A stretch of DNA of 64,000 nucleotides, from the NCBI RefSeq assembly GCF_001194135.2, contig NC_068996.1:8064304-8128303 (forward strand), read 5' to 3'. Of this stretch, positions 62,200 to 64,000 are shown one piece after another. A model generated the notes under the pieces. It saw only the letters and a list, made by a program, of their open reading frames with translations. It ran no database searches and was not told the origin of the DNA. Each line of letters begins with the position of its first letter. The first letter of the stretch is position 1. Made by a program: the position numbers and the translations under genes. Origin of the DNA: Octopus bimaculoides (lineage: Eukaryota).

Positions 62200-62450
62200 A
62201 TTGCAACCAAGATCTTTAACTATCATTCCTTGGAATCATCAATGATGATGCATTCCAGAGTATATGTGAGATGTATCTTGGAACTATTGCGAAGATTTTC
62301 AGTATGAGCTTGATAAACACACATGACCAAATCATTGTAAATGGTAACTTAAAAAGTCAAAAGCATTGATTAGCATGATCACATCAGATTTTGAATTTAT
62401 GTCTGGTTCTTGCACATATGGTGTCTATCATTGGAATTATAACTGGTTGG
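62200..62450 (-). mobile_element. Very old RTE-like C-terminal remnant
   Basis: Minus strand LQ*FGHVC resembles LRWFGHV; little else supports it. Confidence 0.3.
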
Positions 62451-62654
62451 ATCTTTGCATTGGATGTCTGTGATTGCCAGACATGGTTGGTATCTGTTGA
62501 TAATGATGTAGATCCACTGATTAGAGCCAGGTTAACTTATCCTGTTAATGCTAAGTGGAAGTAAGAAGTAAGTTAATTGTAGTGATGGGAGAATGTATAT
62601 GTGAAAAGAGTAGAGTTTTCAGTTCTGTATAGAGTAAAGGGTAAAGACTATGGG

Positions 62655-62958
62655 ATTGCACCAAGAAAGTTCCTCCTAGGCACAAGTCTGGGCAAGGTTG
62701 TTTATGGAAGACCAGCAGTCGCCCATGCATACTAGCCTTCCCTCTCCATGCCACTGATGTTATCCAAGGGAAAGGCAAAGGCCAATACAGCTTGGCACCA
62801 GTGATGTCACAACTCATTTCTACAACTCAGTGAACTGGAGCAACGTGAAATAAAGTGTCTTGCTCAAGAACACAACACAAGGCCTGGTCCAGGGACTGAA
62901 CTCACAACCTCACAACTGTGAGCCTTACGCTCTAGCCACTGAGCTATGTACCTTCACA
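62655..62958 (-). mobile_element. SINE family E head/middle with a different tail
   Basis: TAGCTCAGTGG A box, GAGTTCAGTCCC B box, GTGTTCTTGAGCAAGACACTTTATTTCAC middle; the tail differs from 30405-30560. Confidence 0.8.
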
Positions 62959-63197
62959 GTTCTCTATAAATATTATTGAAAATAATAGACTATTCAAGGC
63001 ACTTTGGGAATGTTAAGCTGATAGACATTTCAAAACATTTTAAAGAATTTAATGAATAAAATTTATATCATATTTAGGGAAAGGAAGTAATAGTGAATGG
63101 TTGATAGAATAATTCAAAATTTAAATATTCATGAGAAGTAAATATTTCACTGAATATCTAAGAGGAGCATTATTGTACATTTATATACTTGGTGTAT

Positions 63198-63575
63198 CTT
63201 TATCTGTTTCAGTCATTAGACTGTGGCCATGCTGGAGCACTGCCTTGAAGAATTTTTAGTTGAACAAATTGACTCCAGTCCTTTTTTTTAAGCCTGGTAC
63301 TTATTCTATCAGTCTGAACTGTTAAGTTATGGGAATATGTAAATTGATTAACATCAGTTGTCAGGCTGTGATGGGGATAAACACAGACACATACACACAC
63401 ACACTCATGTGTGCGACAAGCTTCATTTTAGTTTTTGTCTCTCAAATCTACCCACAAAGCTTTGATTGGCCCAAGGCTATAGTAGAAGACACTTTCCAAA
63501 GCTGCCATGCAGTGGGACTGAATCTGGAACCATGCTGAGAAGCAAGCTTCTTACCAGACACTCACGTCTGCACCT
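63198..63575 (-). mobile_element. SINE family A, diverged full length
   Basis: CTGTTTCAGTCATTAGACTGTGGCCATGCTGG...CTTCTTACCAGACAC. Confidence 0.8.
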
Positions 63576-63914
63576 ATGATTATATCATTAAAAAGAAAAA
63601 TAATTTTATATAGGGTCACTATATGAGTCACTACATTGAATCGATTTTAGTCAAGCTTAGAATTTAGTGTTTATTTTATACTTGCTGACAACTAAGAGAA
63701 CTTATCAGTAATGCACTGAAGTAAATGGATACATGGAAGTGAATGGGCTGAAATAGTCACAAGTGGGTATCAGAGTGATTAATACAGATTTATTATACAT
63801 GCATTTTATTAGTTTCAGTGTCAAAGAATGAATGTGTGTTTAGAAGAGTAGTAAATAGATTGAATGGCCCAATTTAGATTAATATAGCTGTCATATTAAT
63901 TATATAACAAGAAA

Positions 63915-64000
63915 GGCACAGATATGGATGTGTGGTTAAGGAGTTAGCTTCCCAATCACATGGCTTTGGGTTCAGTCCCACTGTGTGGCACCTTGGGCAA
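63915..64000 (+). mobile_element. SINE family A head (runs off window)
   Basis: GGATGTGTGGTTAAG...GGGTTCAGTCCCACTGTGTGGCACCTTGGGCAA. Confidence 0.8.

Overview
AT-rich, repeat-saturated animal genomic DNA with six N-gaps and abundant (TA)n/(CA)n/(GAT)n microsatellites. The SINE, RTE-LINE and MITE content points to a coleoid cephalopod, most likely Octopus (inference, not database-checked). No prokaryotic features, CRISPR array, rRNA or true tRNA gene were seen. One host coding segment is supportable: a + strand first exon (ATG 13523 to GTAAG donor at 13965). It encodes a signal peptide, a poly-Ser/Asn/His linker, basic sites and a terminal 'YDCP' Cys before a phase-1 intron, and lies in a CpG-retaining domain (~10.9-16.4 kb). 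No convincing second exon appears in the following 50 kb. The rest is transposon debris: a Tc1/mariner-Tigger composite, a near full-length RTE LINE and several RTE remnants, a mariner remnant, an R4/Dong 3' end in a (TAA)n tract, hAT/piggyBac/mariner-type MITEs, a Helentron-like non-autonomous element and several tRNA-derived SINE types. The most unusual observations are: (1) a 344-bp Merlin-like MITE (52-bp TIRs, 8-bp TSD) with head-to-head telomeric (TTAGGG)n/(CCCTAA)n arrays; (2) an in-frame fusion of a Tc1/mariner N-terminal HTH to a Tigger transposase, bounded by one end from each family; (3) a ~525-bp CpG-rich exon-like insert splitting the RTE endonuclease; (4) a rearranged direct/inverted low-copy repeat at 42-46.4 kb. 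Repeat boundaries are read by eye and approximate unless a TSD/TIR is quoted.
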